A DNA stretch of 64,000 nucleotides. Source: Octopus sinensis (taxonomy: Eukaryota). Positions 63,801-64,000 of the stretch are shown here, piece by piece. Location of the stretch: assembly GCF_006345805.1 (NCBI RefSeq), contig NC_043008.1, positions 32,550,001 through 32,614,000 on the forward strand. The letters are read 5' to 3'. Below the pieces are notes generated by a model. That model was not told the DNA's origin, did not search any database, and saw only the letters and a program-made list of their open reading frames with translations. A program made the translations under genes and the position numbers. The first letter of the stretch is position 1, and each line of letters begins with the position of its first letter.

Positions 63801-64000
63801 CATCGTATGCATGTATGTATGTATGTATTGTTTTTCCTCCAACATTCAGTATATTTAAGCCGCGACTATCTATAAAAACATTATCTTCTTTATTGTTAAG
63901 AGATACTGAGAGAAGACTGTCTGCTTACAACAAAATAATGTAGTTGGATGTGAGATCAGAGTCTCATGAGACAGTAATCCGAAACTTTATTCACTCAGCT

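Overview
AT-rich, eukaryotic, repeat-dominated DNA with no recognisable host gene, so it is intergenic or deep intronic. The SINE families and extreme microsatellite load suggest an octopod cephalopod (inference). Nearly all supplied ORFs are microsatellite artefacts. The only long coding unit is a near full-length RTE-clade LINE on the minus strand (~28471-32343), broken by one 1-nt frameshift just after the catalytic FADD motif. Around it are remnants of two mariner families, a pogo/Tigger-like MITE, hAT ends, Helitrons, R4/Dong-like and L1/Tx1-like LINEs, a Penelope-like GIY-YIG domain, a Ty3/Gypsy LTR-PBS-gag start, and many copies of three tRNA-derived SINE families. The best leads are: (1) a canonical minimal type I hammerhead ribozyme at 57031-57091, plus hammerhead-like folds with a recurrent non-canonical CUGU(U/C)GA core; (2) a tandem array of tRNA-Ser-complementary PBS-like segments behind the Gypsy LTR; (3) a very homogeneous 182-bp tandem array next to the RTE 5' end; (4) several long foldback elements. 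Everything was read by eye. Repeat boundaries may be off by about 10 bp, and family names rest on recalled motifs, not database searches.
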